A stretch of DNA of 64,000 nt from assembly GCA_040902225.1 (NCBI GenBank), contig JBBDXT010000004.1:320376-384375 (forward strand), read 5' to 3'. The DNA comes from Chloroflexota bacterium (GTDB lineage Bacteria; Chloroflexota; Limnocylindria; QHBO01). Under the pieces are notes generated by a model. That model made no database searches and was not told where the DNA came from. It was given only the letters and a program-made list of their open reading frames with translations. The first letter of the stretch is position 1, and each line of letters begins with the position of its first letter. Below, piece by piece: positions 29,241 to 37,940 of this stretch. Position numbers and translations under genes: made by a program.

Positions 29241-30545
29241 CTACACTGCAGCCTCCCCCGCCAACTTCCCACTGTAGAGGGCTCGCCCGTCCCGCCGCCA
29301 CCATCCGGTGGTGGCAGTTGGCGGCCCGCCGTCGGCGGTGGCCTTGACGGCCAAGGCCAACTCAGTTCGCCGAGGCGGCCAGCTGCGTACATCGAAGCAG
29401 CCCGGCTCGTAGGTCCCACGTGGCTCACGCAGCAGTGTCATCCAGTCGTAGGCTCCGAAGGCCGCCCATGCGGTGACTGCCAAGATTGGAATTCCGTGCC
29501 CGTGGGCTGTCATTGCAGCCGACCATGCCTCTGACCACCAAGCGACCTGATCGTCCAAGGGGCCGGCGAGGGCGATCTCGGTCAGCGCCAATGGACGTCG
29601 GTATCGCTGCCAGGTCTCGCGCAACACGCGGGGCAGGCCGGTCACATCGTAGCCTTCGACACGTGCCATCTCGACGTCCGCATAGGCCAGACGCCCGTCG
29701 CCTCCATGACTGGATTCTGGGAATAGGTCCAGGCGGTGATCGAGATAACGGTCACTCGTGATGTAGTGATCGATGCCGAGGACATCGGGTGGGGCGGGCT
29801 CACTGCTGAGCTTGTCCAGGATCAGTCGATGAGCCGGGGAGGCCGCCAGATACCTCCACAATGGGTGCGATCGGTCGACAGCCCCGGTCACCAGGTCAAA
29901 CGTCAGCCAGCGGCGATGGTTGTCGAAGTCAACCGCGGCCTGGCATTCCGCGGTCCCGTAGGTGCGCCCCACGTCCTCGTTCACGATGATGCGGGCTCCG
30001 GGGGTGACTGCCCTGATGGCGCGGGCCGCCTCGGTTAGGGCCTCCGCCTGCGAGAGGATTAGATGGCCGAAAATCGCGTGGTCGCGTGCGTACGGCGGCC
30101 ACCAGCCATACAGGCCGCCGAATCGAGCGGTTGTGAGCGCCTCGTTTATTGGGAGGTAGGTGCGGACTGCAGGAAAGCGGCGCGCAACCGTGGCCGCATA
30201 GTCCGCGAAGGCCGCAGCCCAGCCCGGTTGCCGCGGATCGGCTCCTCGCGGTCCGAAGCCATGATGGAGGAGGCCGACAACAGGCTCGACCCCGAAGGCA
30301 TTCATGCCGCCGATCCGCTCTTCTGCCCACTCCCAATCCGTGGCCTCCCTCGCATTGGAGGACCTTCCCCAGAGGACGGGATAGCGGACGGCGCGCGCGC
30401 CGAGGCTGGCCAGCCGCCCAAGGTCCGCAAGGCGCCGGTCATGCCCCGTGAGCGACAACTGATCGCGGATTCCGTTGCCCACCTTCAGGAATGAACACTC
30501 GGGACCTGCCCAGACTTCGGGCCCGCCCGTTGCTAGGCGGCCCAT
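29241..30545 (-). CDS. putative clan GH-A glycoside hydrolase (GH1-like TIM barrel)
   Basis: This 434-aa protein has an IIVNEDVG motif resembling the GH1 NEP acid/base and an LALTEIALAG motif resembling the ITENG nucleophile, at positions comparable to GH1. Its stop overlaps glf. Confidence 0.4.
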   Translation of the reverse strand: MGRLATGGPEVWAGPECSFLKVGNGIRDQLSLTGHDRRLADLGRLASLGARAVRYPVLWGRSSNAREATDWEWAEERIGGMNAFGVEPVVGLLHHGFGPRGADPRQPGWAAAFADYAATVARRFPAVRTYLPINEALTTARFGGLYGWWPPYARDHAIFGHLILSQAEALTEAARAIRAVTPGARIIVNEDVGRTYGTAECQAAVDFDNHRRWLTFDLVTGAVDRSHPLWRYLAASPAHRLILDKLSSEPAPPDVLGIDHYITSDRYLDHRLDLFPESSHGGDGRLAYADVEMARVEGYDVTGLPRVLRETWQRYRRPLALTEIALAGPLDDQVAWWSEAWSAAMTAHGHGIPILAVTAWAAFGAYDWMTLLREPRGTYEPGCFDVRSWPPRRTELALAVKATADGGPPTATTGWWRRDGRALYSGKLAGEAAV

Positions 30546-31672
30546 TCGCGAGACTCGGCGATCCTGCCGGCCGTGACCAGTGCCTGCCCGACGACCTGGT
30601 CCATGTTGTAGTACTTGTAGGTCCCGAGCCGCCCAGCGAAGTGCACCTGGGGGGCCTCGGCAGCGAGAGCCAGGTACCTCTGATATAAGGCTCGGTTCTC
30701 GTGTCGGGGGATCGGATAGAAAGGCTCCCCGGAAGATTCGGGGAACTCACGGACGATGGTAGTCACGTCATGGGATTGGCCCGTGAAGTGTCGGAACTCG
30801 CTGACACGCGTAAATGGCACGGCCTCATCCGGGAAGTTCACTGTCCCCGTCGGCTGATGCCGCTCTTCATCCAATGTCTCGAACTCAAACCGCAGGGAGC
30901 GGTATGGCAGCGGTCCGAATATCTGATCGAAATAGGCATCGATCGGCCCCGTGTACACAAGATGATCAAAGTCAAGCACGTGCCGAACATCGTGGAAGTC
31001 GACCCCGGTCCGCACCTCGATGCGCGGATGGGCGAGCATGCGCTCGACCATTTGGGTATAGCCGTGCGCGGGCATTGCCTGAAAACGATCTGTGAAATAG
31101 CGATCGTCCAGGTTGGTCCGGGCGGGGACACGGGCAGTTACCGACGCGTCCAGTTCGCTGGGGTCGAGCCCCCATTGCTTTCTCGTGTATCCCTGGAAAA
31201 AGAGCTCGTAAAGCTCGCGGCCGACCGAGCCGACCACAACCTCCTCGGACGTTCGGGGCGTCCCAACGGCCTCTGCGCGTTCGGCGTAGTACCGTGCGGT
31301 GCTCTCGTCATCGCCAAGGCCGACCGCGAACAGCTCGTTCAAGGTCGTCCGATTGATTGGGATCGGGACGAGCCGACCGCGCACGCAGGCGAGGACCCTG
31401 TGCTCGTACGGCCTCCAACCGGTGAACTGCGATAGGTACCCGAAGATGTCCGCCGAGTTCGTGTGGAAGATGTGAGGGCCATAGCGGTGGATCAGTACCC
31501 CTGCTTCGTCCAACTCGTCATACGTGTTGCCTCCGATATGCGCCCGACGGTCCATCACTAGGACTCGCCTACCGTGTTGGCTGGCCAGCTGCTCCGCGAT
31601 GACACTTCCGGACAACCCCGCCCCGACGACGACTACGTCGTAGCCCATCTCACAAAGCCTCCGCGCCGACAA
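30533..31672 (-). CDS. glf: UDP-galactopyranose mutase
   Basis: The N-terminal FAD-binding segment YDVVVVGAGLSGSVIAEQLA and the conserved HRYGPHIFHTN region are present, and the 379-aa length fits. Confidence 0.9.
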   Translation of the reverse strand: MSARRLCEMGYDVVVVGAGLSGSVIAEQLASQHGRRVLVMDRRAHIGGNTYDELDEAGVLIHRYGPHIFHTNSADIFGYLSQFTGWRPYEHRVLACVRGRLVPIPINRTTLNELFAVGLGDDESTARYYAERAEAVGTPRTSEEVVVGSVGRELYELFFQGYTRKQWGLDPSELDASVTARVPARTNLDDRYFTDRFQAMPAHGYTQMVERMLAHPRIEVRTGVDFHDVRHVLDFDHLVYTGPIDAYFDQIFGPLPYRSLRFEFETLDEERHQPTGTVNFPDEAVPFTRVSEFRHFTGQSHDVTTIVREFPESSGEPFYPIPRHENRALYQRYLALAAEAPQVHFAGRLGTYKYYNMDQVVGQALVTAGRIAESREWAA

Positions 31673-33077
31673 CGAGCGGAGCGGCCTGCAGCTCCTTAGC
31701 TGTGGACAGCCGCATGGGGACCGGCACGTGCACCAGGTGCGATGCGGAGCGCGCTGTCTCCGATTGCGAGCCGTTTGTCACCGCCTGTTCCACCAAGATG
31801 GCCATCGCGTCCCAGGTGCGGTCCCACGAGCCCATAGCGAGGAATTGGTCCGCTTGCCGTTGCGTCTCCGTCCCGTCCGCGCGCTGGGACTCCTCGACTG
31901 CCTCAATCGTCTCGTCGATCGAGTCCGCGATTCGTACCAGGCCACGTCGTCCGTAGGGCTCGATTACGTCCCGGATGGATGTGGATACGACCGGCAGACC
32001 GGCTGCGAGGTATTCGGGCGTCTTCGTTGGGCTGATGAAGGCGGTCGCCTCATTCCGTGCGAAGGGCATCCAGCCCACGTTCCAATGGGCGAGGTAGGAG
32101 GGCAGTTCGCCATAGGTCTTCCGCCCCAGCTGATGGATGTTCCGACGCGCTGGAATGGCAGCGGCAGCGATCTTGGCGAGTGGCCCGAGCAGGACGATCT
32201 GCCAATCCTGCCGGCGGGCTGCGACGCCGTCGATCAGGCCCAGGTCTAGTCGCTCGTCGATCACCCCGGCATAGCCCAGTCTCGGCATGGCGATGCTTCG
32301 CTGGTCGGCAGGGTCCGGCCGAGGCAGCCGGGCCGCGGCGAAATGTCGAACATCAATACTGCTTGGAAAGCAGTAGCTCGCCTGGTGCCGAGCGGCCAGT
32401 CGCTGATGGAGCCGCACTCCGCCGCTGAATACGAGATGCGCTCGGCCGAGGAGCTCATCCTCGAGGGACAGGAGGCACTCCGACGCCCCTCGGAAGCCGG
32501 CCAGGTAGTCCATGCAGTCATAGACCACGACGGAACTGGCAACATGCCTCGTCCAGGGCAGCGCCATCGGCGTGTAGTACCAGAGGATCGGAGCGTCGAT
32601 CTGCTCTGTTCCGATCAGGTCGTCGAGCAGGTCGGCAAGGAGCGCATTCGATTCCGGCGCCTCCATGCCCGTTGGGACGACAGGCGTCATGACACCGACG
32701 CCCTCGCGGTCAGTTCTCTGAATATGCGGGCGGGCACCTGGCTCGAAGCGCGCCTCCTCGATGAAAAAGACGCGCTTGCTCCGTGCGGCGCGAGCCATGA
32801 GGTGGTTGGGGCGCTGGTACACGAAGTCCCAGCGCAGATGAGACAGGCAGATAAGGTCTTCGGTCACGTCTTCTCCCCTCTTCGCAGTCTGGATTCCGGC
32901 GCGACGGCCGGCCACGGCGGGATGATCCTCGACCATCTGCTGCATCCCGCAAACAATCGGCGGGAGAAACATTTCAGGCTGATCGCAGCGCCCAGCCATG
33001 GGGTCGGCTGGGTGGAATTGGGAGGCCCACGAATCCACCCGAACGTGGGAGCGCCCGGTTCGCGTGACCTGCAACAC
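31650..33077 (-). CDS. glycosyltransferase family 4 (GT-B, RfaG-like)
   Basis: The C-terminal region EYLAAGLPVVSTSIRDVIEPYG is typical of a GT4 EX7E region, and ICLSHLRWDFVYQRPNHLM is typical of GT4 N-termini. The true start is probably an internal ATG around 32945, and the gene overlaps the glf start. Confidence 0.7.
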   Translation of the reverse strand: MLQVTRTGRSHVRVDSWASQFHPADPMAGRCDQPEMFLPPIVCGMQQMVEDHPAVAGRRAGIQTAKRGEDVTEDLICLSHLRWDFVYQRPNHLMARAARSKRVFFIEEARFEPGARPHIQRTDREGVGVMTPVVPTGMEAPESNALLADLLDDLIGTEQIDAPILWYYTPMALPWTRHVASSVVVYDCMDYLAGFRGASECLLSLEDELLGRAHLVFSGGVRLHQRLAARHQASYCFPSSIDVRHFAAARLPRPDPADQRSIAMPRLGYAGVIDERLDLGLIDGVAARRQDWQIVLLGPLAKIAAAAIPARRNIHQLGRKTYGELPSYLAHWNVGWMPFARNEATAFISPTKTPEYLAAGLPVVSTSIRDVIEPYGRRGLVRIADSIDETIEAVEESQRADGTETQRQADQFLAMGSWDRTWDAMAILVEQAVTNGSQSETARSASHLVHVPVPMRLSTAKELQAAPLVVGAEAL

Positions 33078-33130
33078 TCTTCTCAGTCGAACATCGGCCT
33101 CAGCGACAAGGCGTTCTAGGCGAGGGTCAT

Positions 33131-34009
33131 ATGAAGGTAGGAATCATCGTTCCCCAGGGCTGGACCGGCGAATACACCGGCTGGGACGCCGGCCGCGCGT
33201 GGGATCGGACTACGGCGGTGGCCCGGCAGGCCGAAGCGCTCGGATTCGAGTCGCTGTGGCTTTTCGACCATTTCCACACGGTCCCAAAACCCCGGCAGGA
33301 CATCACCTTCGAGTCGTTCACCACGCTGGCCGGCCTGGCGACCACCACAAAGCGCGCGCGGCTTGGCCAACTGGTCAATTGCGCGACCTACCGCAATCCA
33401 GCGCTAGTGGCGAAGATGATTTCGACGTTGGACACAATGTCAGGCGGTCGTATGGAACTCGGCCTGGGCGCGGGCTGGAAAGAGGACGAGTTTCGGGCGT
33501 ATGGGTACGGCTTCCCTTCGCTGGCTGAGCGCCATGCCCGGCTGGAAGATGCTCTGATCATTGCCAACCGGATGTTTCACGACGAGGAGGCCGTCTACAG
33601 GGGCAGCACCGCATCAGTCAACGGCGCGATCAATGTTCCGAAGCCGCAGCAAAGGCCCCGAATCCCCATCGTCGTGGGGGGCAATGGCCGGAACGTGACG
33701 TGGCGGTTGGCAGCGCGCCACGCCGATGAACTCAATCTTGATAACGTTCCCGTCCACGAAATCGAGGATGCCCTGGCGGTCGTGGCCGAGCGCTGCGCGG
33801 AAGTCGGCCGCGATGCTGCGACCCTCCCGGTCTCGGTCCATATCTGGTGGGAAACGCTGGTGAATCAGGACCCGGTCGAGCTACTGAGAGGATATCGCGA
33901 GGCGGGTGTCAGCCGGGTGATGGCCTTGGTCCGCGAGTCAGCTACCACCGACGATGCTCTCGTGCGATTGCGGGAGCAGGCCGGCGATGCAGGCGCTGAG
34001 TTTGATTGA
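33131..34009 (+). CDS. LLM class F420-dependent oxidoreductase (luciferase-like monooxygenase fold)
   Basis: The sequence MKVGIIVPQGW...FESLWLFDHFHTVP...LGLGAGWKEDEF is the typical LLM/F420-dependent family pattern. Confidence 0.8.
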   Translation: MKVGIIVPQGWTGEYTGWDAGRAWDRTTAVARQAEALGFESLWLFDHFHTVPKPRQDITFESFTTLAGLATTTKRARLGQLVNCATYRNPALVAKMISTLDTMSGGRMELGLGAGWKEDEFRAYGYGFPSLAERHARLEDALIIANRMFHDEEAVYRGSTASVNGAINVPKPQQRPRIPIVVGGNGRNVTWRLAARHADELNLDNVPVHEIEDALAVVAERCAEVGRDAATLPVSVHIWWETLVNQDPVELLRGYREAGVSRVMALVRESATTDDALVRLREQAGDAGAEFD

Positions 34010-34183
34010 GGCCGCGACGAACTAGAGAGACGCCGAACCTGATACAGCCGCATGCGCCTTGCCCGGGTCTGTACTCGTAACTCGCCACGCCGATTCGCGT
34101 CTTCGGGCTCGCTTAGCGTTCGCGGATTGTCGGCCGTCGCCGGCAGTACCTTGTTGTCCAGCGGCGAGGACCCGACGGCACCC

Positions 34184-34456
34184 TCAGAATCGCCGTCGAT
34201 GCTGCTTCGCGTCCACGATCCAAGCCAGTGATCGGGCCCTGACGAGCGCTGGGACGAACTTGACAAGAGGGCGTCCGATACTGGAAGACCGAGGTGGCGG
34301 GGGACAGGTTGGCCGCACGATGTGACGGGCGAAACTAACAACGTTGGCGGCCAGGTCGCCGCGGGTTAGGATAGTGGCGGTGGGATTAGCCGGCCGCATG
34401 GCTTGGAGCTCCGCTGGTGGGTTTCCGAAAATCAGCGCCAGGTTTACGTTTTCCAA
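34184..34456 (-). pseudogene. integrase N-terminal remnant of about 25 codons, then unrelated sequence
   Basis: The ORF carries MRPANPTATILTRGDLAANVVSFARH, homologous to the element-A integrase N-terminus, then diverges. The rest of the integrase has been deleted. Confidence 0.6.
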
Positions 34457-34508
34457 CCGCTGTGGTCAAGGCACGTTCCACTTTTCCGCTCTGTTTGAGC
34501 GTGAAACG

Positions 34509-34550
34509 CGCGCCCGTAGCTCAGCGGACAGAGCGGGTGGCTTCGGACCA
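34509..34550 (+). repeat. partial tRNA-Arg 5' half copy (junction of elements B and C)
   Basis: GCGCGCCCGTAGCTCAGCGGACAGAGCGGGTGGCTTCGGACCA is identical to the tRNA 5' half, and the element left-end motif follows it. Confidence 0.75.
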
Positions 34551-37500
34551 GCTACCCCGATGCGCTGTGGCACGAGCGTGGAACCCGTACCAAATGTGCC
34601 CTAGTTATCCGCTGTCGAGAAGCCCTCTCGCTTCGTCAGGACTGCCGCCGTGACAGACGGATTGCGCAGCTTGGCGTAGCGGCTCAGGTGGGAATCCACG
34701 AGGTGGAGCCTGGCACTGAGGCCAAGAGGGCCAGGGCAACCGCCTCGTCAGTCGTCATGCGGCGGCCCTCGGCCCACGCCGAGTCGAGAGCGGTCGCATC
34801 GAGCGCGTTGCGGAGCTGGCCAATCGCGGCGTCGTATTCGGCCCGTTCGTCCGAGAGCATCACTATTTCCGCGACCTCGCGGATCGCCTCCGCCGCACCC
34901 AACAGGCGGGCCGCACGTACGAAGTCGTGCTTTGCTGTCGCGAGGAACCCGAAGCACTCCAGCTGGTGGGCGATCGCGCCGCGGTTGCCCGCGTGCTGCC
35001 AGCCGCGCAGCGTTTCCCGGTACAGCTCCTCGGCCTCGTCGATCTCCCCGCCACGGCGCAGCGTGTGAGCGAGTTCGCTGCGCGTCCTGAGAACGGACCT
35101 GCGGTCGCCCATCTCCTCGTAACCCGCGATCGCCCTGCCCAGCCACTCTCGTGCCTCGGCCAACCGACCGGTGAAACCGCTCTGATCGCCGCGACTCCAT
35201 GCGATGAAGGCGATCGCACGCGGATTCCGGGAGCGATCGGCCGCCTCGGACGCCCTGAGTAGCCGGGCTTCGGCGCCCGCCATGTCACCATCGTCTGTCA
35301 TCTGAGAATAGGCGAGGCTTGCCTCGATCGTGGCAAGCGCTAACCAGTCGTGCCTCGACTCGGCCAGCCGGACCATCTCCTCTTCCAACTCGCGCGCCTC
35401 GCTCAACCGCCCTGAGAAGGACCTCGTCGTCGCCAGCGCAGCGAGCGCCTCTGACAGCGCCTCGTCGTCTTCGGCTCGGCGAGCCAGCGCCACGGCTTCC
35501 TCGGCCCATCGCCCGCCTGCGGCGTACTCCGCACCCCACGACGATGCATTCGCGGCGGAGGCGAACACCCTCGCGACTAGGATCGTTCGCTCGCGAGCGG
35601 CGGATGGCGCAGCAGGCGGCAGCCTCAATGCGAGCTCGGCCGCCTTGGCCATCCACTCGATGGCCTCGGAGCCAATCGATCGGGATCTCCAGTAGGCGGC
35701 CAGCGCCACCGACAGGCGCAGCGCCGCTTCTGGGTCCGCCTCGAATGACCACTCCAGCGCGGTGCGCAGGTTCTCCGCCTCGGAGTCCAGGCGGCTCAGC
35801 CATGCCACCATGTCCGGGCCCCGGAGTGCAGGCCCGGCCTCGCGTGCGAGGTCCAGGTAGAACGCAAGGTGACGGCCGCGGATCGCCAACACCTCGCCAG
35901 CGCTTGCGAGCCGGTCGCCGGCGTACTGCCGAATCGTCTCGAGGAGCCGATAGCGCGTGGGTCCACCCTGGTCGGCGACAACCAGCGAGCGGTCGACCAG
36001 GCGGCCGAGGCCGTCGAGCGTCTCGAGCAGCGTGTTCGCCTCGTCGTGACGCGCGCCGCCATCGTCTTCGTGCAGCCCCGCCACGGCCGCCGCCGCCTCC
36101 AACGTGCACCCCCCCGCGAAGACTGAGAGGCGCCGCAGGAACTGGCGGTCCGTCTCGGTCAGCAGGTCCCAGCTCCAGTCGACGAGCGCCTGCAGCGTCT
36201 GCTGGCGGGGTACGGCGCTGCGGCGGCCGCCGGTCAGGAGCCGGAACCGGTCGCCGAGCCCCCGCGCGATCTCCTGCGCCGAAAGATGAGTGACCCGCGC
36301 TGCGGCGAGCTCGATCGCGAGCGGGATGCCGTCAAGGCGACGGCAGATCTCGACCACTGCGGGCGCGTTGGCAGGCGTCAGCAAAAAGGACGAGAGCACC
36401 GCGCTCGCTCGATCGACGAACAGGCGGACCGCGTCAGCTGCGGCCGTCTCCTCGAACCAGCCCGCCGCCGGCTCGTCATGATCCTCGCCCTCGCCGATGG
36501 CGCCAGGTACGACCAGCGACGGGACCTGGAAGACCGTCTCCCCGGACACTCCGAGCGCCTCACGGCTCGACGCAAGCACGGCCAACGATGGACAGCTGGC
36601 GAGCAGGCGATCGACCAGATCCGCGGCCGCGCCGATGACATGCTCGCAGTTGTCGAGGAGCAGCACGAGGGACTTCGAGCGGAGAAAATCAACCAGCGTG
36701 TCGAGGACCGCCCGTCCGGGCTCGCCAGGCACTCCGAGCGCCCGGGCGACCTCGCTGACGATGAGATCGGGGCTGGGGACCGGGGCCAGCTCGACCAGCC
36801 AGACGCCGTCCGCCCGGCGCCCCAGGAGCTCAGCCGCAAGCTGGAGCATGAGTCTCGTTTTGCCCGTGCCGCCGGTTCCGATCAGGGTCACCAGGCGATG
36901 CGCCTCCGCCAGGGCGGCAAGATCCGCGAGCTCCCGTTCGCGGCCGACGAAGGAGGTCAGCTGCGCGGGGATATTGGTCAGCTCCACCCCGACGGACCGA
37001 AGCCCCGGAAACTCGGCTCGCAGGCCGGGGCCGATGAGCTGATGCAGTTGTGCCGGCGCATCGAAGTCTTTCAGGCGAAACTCTCCGAGCTCACGGAGCG
37101 CCAGCTCCTCGGGCAGCCGATCCCCCAGGACCGCAGCCATCGCCTGCGAGACCAGCACCTGGCCGCCATGGCCGGCTGCCGCGATGCGGGCGGCGCGGTG
37201 GACCTCGAGCCCAACGTAACCGCCGTCTCGGCGCGTGGCTTCGCCCACGTGGAGACCCATCCGCACGCGGAGATCGGCGCCGGGCGGCCATTCCGCGCCG
37301 GTCAGCGCGCGCTGGCCCTCCGCGGCGGCGCGCAACGCGTGGAGCGGGCTGCCGAACGCCACGAAGAACGAGTCGCCCTCGGTGCCAACCTCGAATCCAG
37401 CGTGGCGGGCAAACGCCTCGCGCAGGATCGACCGATGGCGCTCGAGAAGCGCCTCGTAGGCATCGGGCAGGCTGCCGGCGAGGCGCGTCGAGCCCTCGAT

Positions 37501-37860
37501 GTCGGTGAACAGGAACGCGACCGTTCCTGTCGGCGCCTCGGGCGGTCGTGGCTTCCGGCGCTGGTGAGGCGACTTGGCTGGCATGCGACCGATGGTACCG
37601 CTGCCCACAGTCGACCGAAACGGGCTTGGACCCAGCTCGGCCACGGCCCATGAGGTTTGGCGGCCAGGTCGCCGCGGGTTAGGATAGGAGCGGTGGGAGT
37701 GGCCGCCTGCGTGGCTTAGCTCCGCTGGCGGGATTCCGAAGATCGGCGCCAAACACGCTCTCCGAGCGCTGTGGTCAAGGCTATTTCCACTTTTCCGCTC
37801 TGTTTGAGCGTGAAATGTGCGCCCGTAGCTCAGCGGACAGAGCGGGTGGCTTCGGACCAT
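34551..37860. mobile_element. decayed integrative element C (single cargo gene: cyclase/NB-ARC/TPR STAND NTPase; integrase reduced to a roughly 20-codon remnant); its tRNA 5' half completes the intact tRNA-Arg
   Basis: The right end (37645-37818) is homologous to the ends of elements A and B and contains remnant integrase N-terminal codons, now read through into the cargo ORF. It is bounded on the left by the tRNA half copy at 34509 and on the right by the intact tRNA. Confidence 0.65.
34684..37584 (-). CDS. class III adenylate/guanylate cyclase domain fused to an NB-ARC/AAA+ (STAND) ATPase and C-terminal TPR-like repeats
   Basis: The true start is the ATG near 37584 (MPAKSPHQRR...). The cyclase motifs FLFTDIEGST, GDSFFVAF, RMGLHVGE and VHRAARI are present, followed by a P-loop LIGTGGTGKTRLM and Walker B LLLDNCEH, then about 500 aa of helical repeats. 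No C-terminal HTH is evident. Confidence 0.8.
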   Translation of the reverse strand: MPAKSPHQRRKPRPPEAPTGTVAFLFTDIEGSTRLAGSLPDAYEALLERHRSILREAFARHAGFEVGTEGDSFFVAFGSPLHALRAAAEGQRALTGAEWPPGADLRVRMGLHVGEATRRDGGYVGLEVHRAARIAAAGHGGQVLVSQAMAAVLGDRLPEELALRELGEFRLKDFDAPAQLHQLIGPGLRAEFPGLRSVGVELTNIPAQLTSFVGRERELADLAALAEAHRLVTLIGTGGTGKTRLMLQLAAELLGRRADGVWLVELAPVPSPDLIVSEVARALGVPGEPGRAVLDTLVDFLRSKSLVLLLDNCEHVIGAAADLVDRLLASCPSLAVLASSREALGVSGETVFQVPSLVVPGAIGEGEDHDEPAAGWFEETAAADAVRLFVDRASAVLSSFLLTPANAPAVVEICRRLDGIPLAIELAAARVTHLSAQEIARGLGDRFRLLTGGRRSAVPRQQTLQALVDWSWDLLTETDRQFLRRLSVFAGGCTLEAAAAVAGLHEDDGGARHDEANTLLETLDGLGRLVDRSLVVADQGGPTRYRLLETIRQYAGDRLASAGEVLAIRGRHLAFYLDLAREAGPALRGPDMVAWLSRLDSEAENLRTALEWSFEADPEAALRLSVALAAYWRSRSIGSEAIEWMAKAAELALRLPPAAPSAARERTILVARVFASAANASSWGAEYAAGGRWAEEAVALARRAEDDEALSEALAALATTRSFSGRLSEARELEEEMVRLAESRHDWLALATIEASLAYSQMTDDGDMAGAEARLLRASEAADRSRNPRAIAFIAWSRGDQSGFTGRLAEAREWLGRAIAGYEEMGDRRSVLRTRSELAHTLRRGGEIDEAEELYRETLRGWQHAGNRGAIAHQLECFGFLATAKHDFVRAARLLGAAEAIREVAEIVMLSDERAEYDAAIGQLRNALDATALDSAWAEGRRMTTDEAVALALLASVPGSTSWIPT

Positions 37861-37894
37861 CAGGTCGCGGGTTCGATTCCTGCCGGGCGCGCCA
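37819..37894 (+). tRNA. tRNA-Arg (anticodon TCG), intact
   Basis: The acceptor stem GCGCCCG/CGGGCGC, D arm GCTC-AGCGGACA-GAGC, anticodon stem GGTGG/CCATC with loop CTTCGGA (U33, anticodon UCG, G37), T arm GCGGG-TTCGATT-CCTGC, discriminator G and encoded CCA are all identifiable. Confidence 0.8.
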
Positions 37895-37940
37895 ACCCTC
37901 TATCAGCCGTATCGTGCGTTGGCGCCCTAGACTCCGCGAA

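Larger units (their letters stand above)
28844..34550. mobile_element. decayed integrative element B (Galf glycan cluster glf-GT4-GH1-like, F420 LLM oxidoreductase, 90-aa integrase remnant)
   Basis: The element lies between tRNA 5'-half copies at 28806 and 34509. Its right end (34340-34508) is homologous to the other element ends and encodes the integrase N-terminal remnant, and it carries the conserved left-end motif. Confidence 0.65.
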
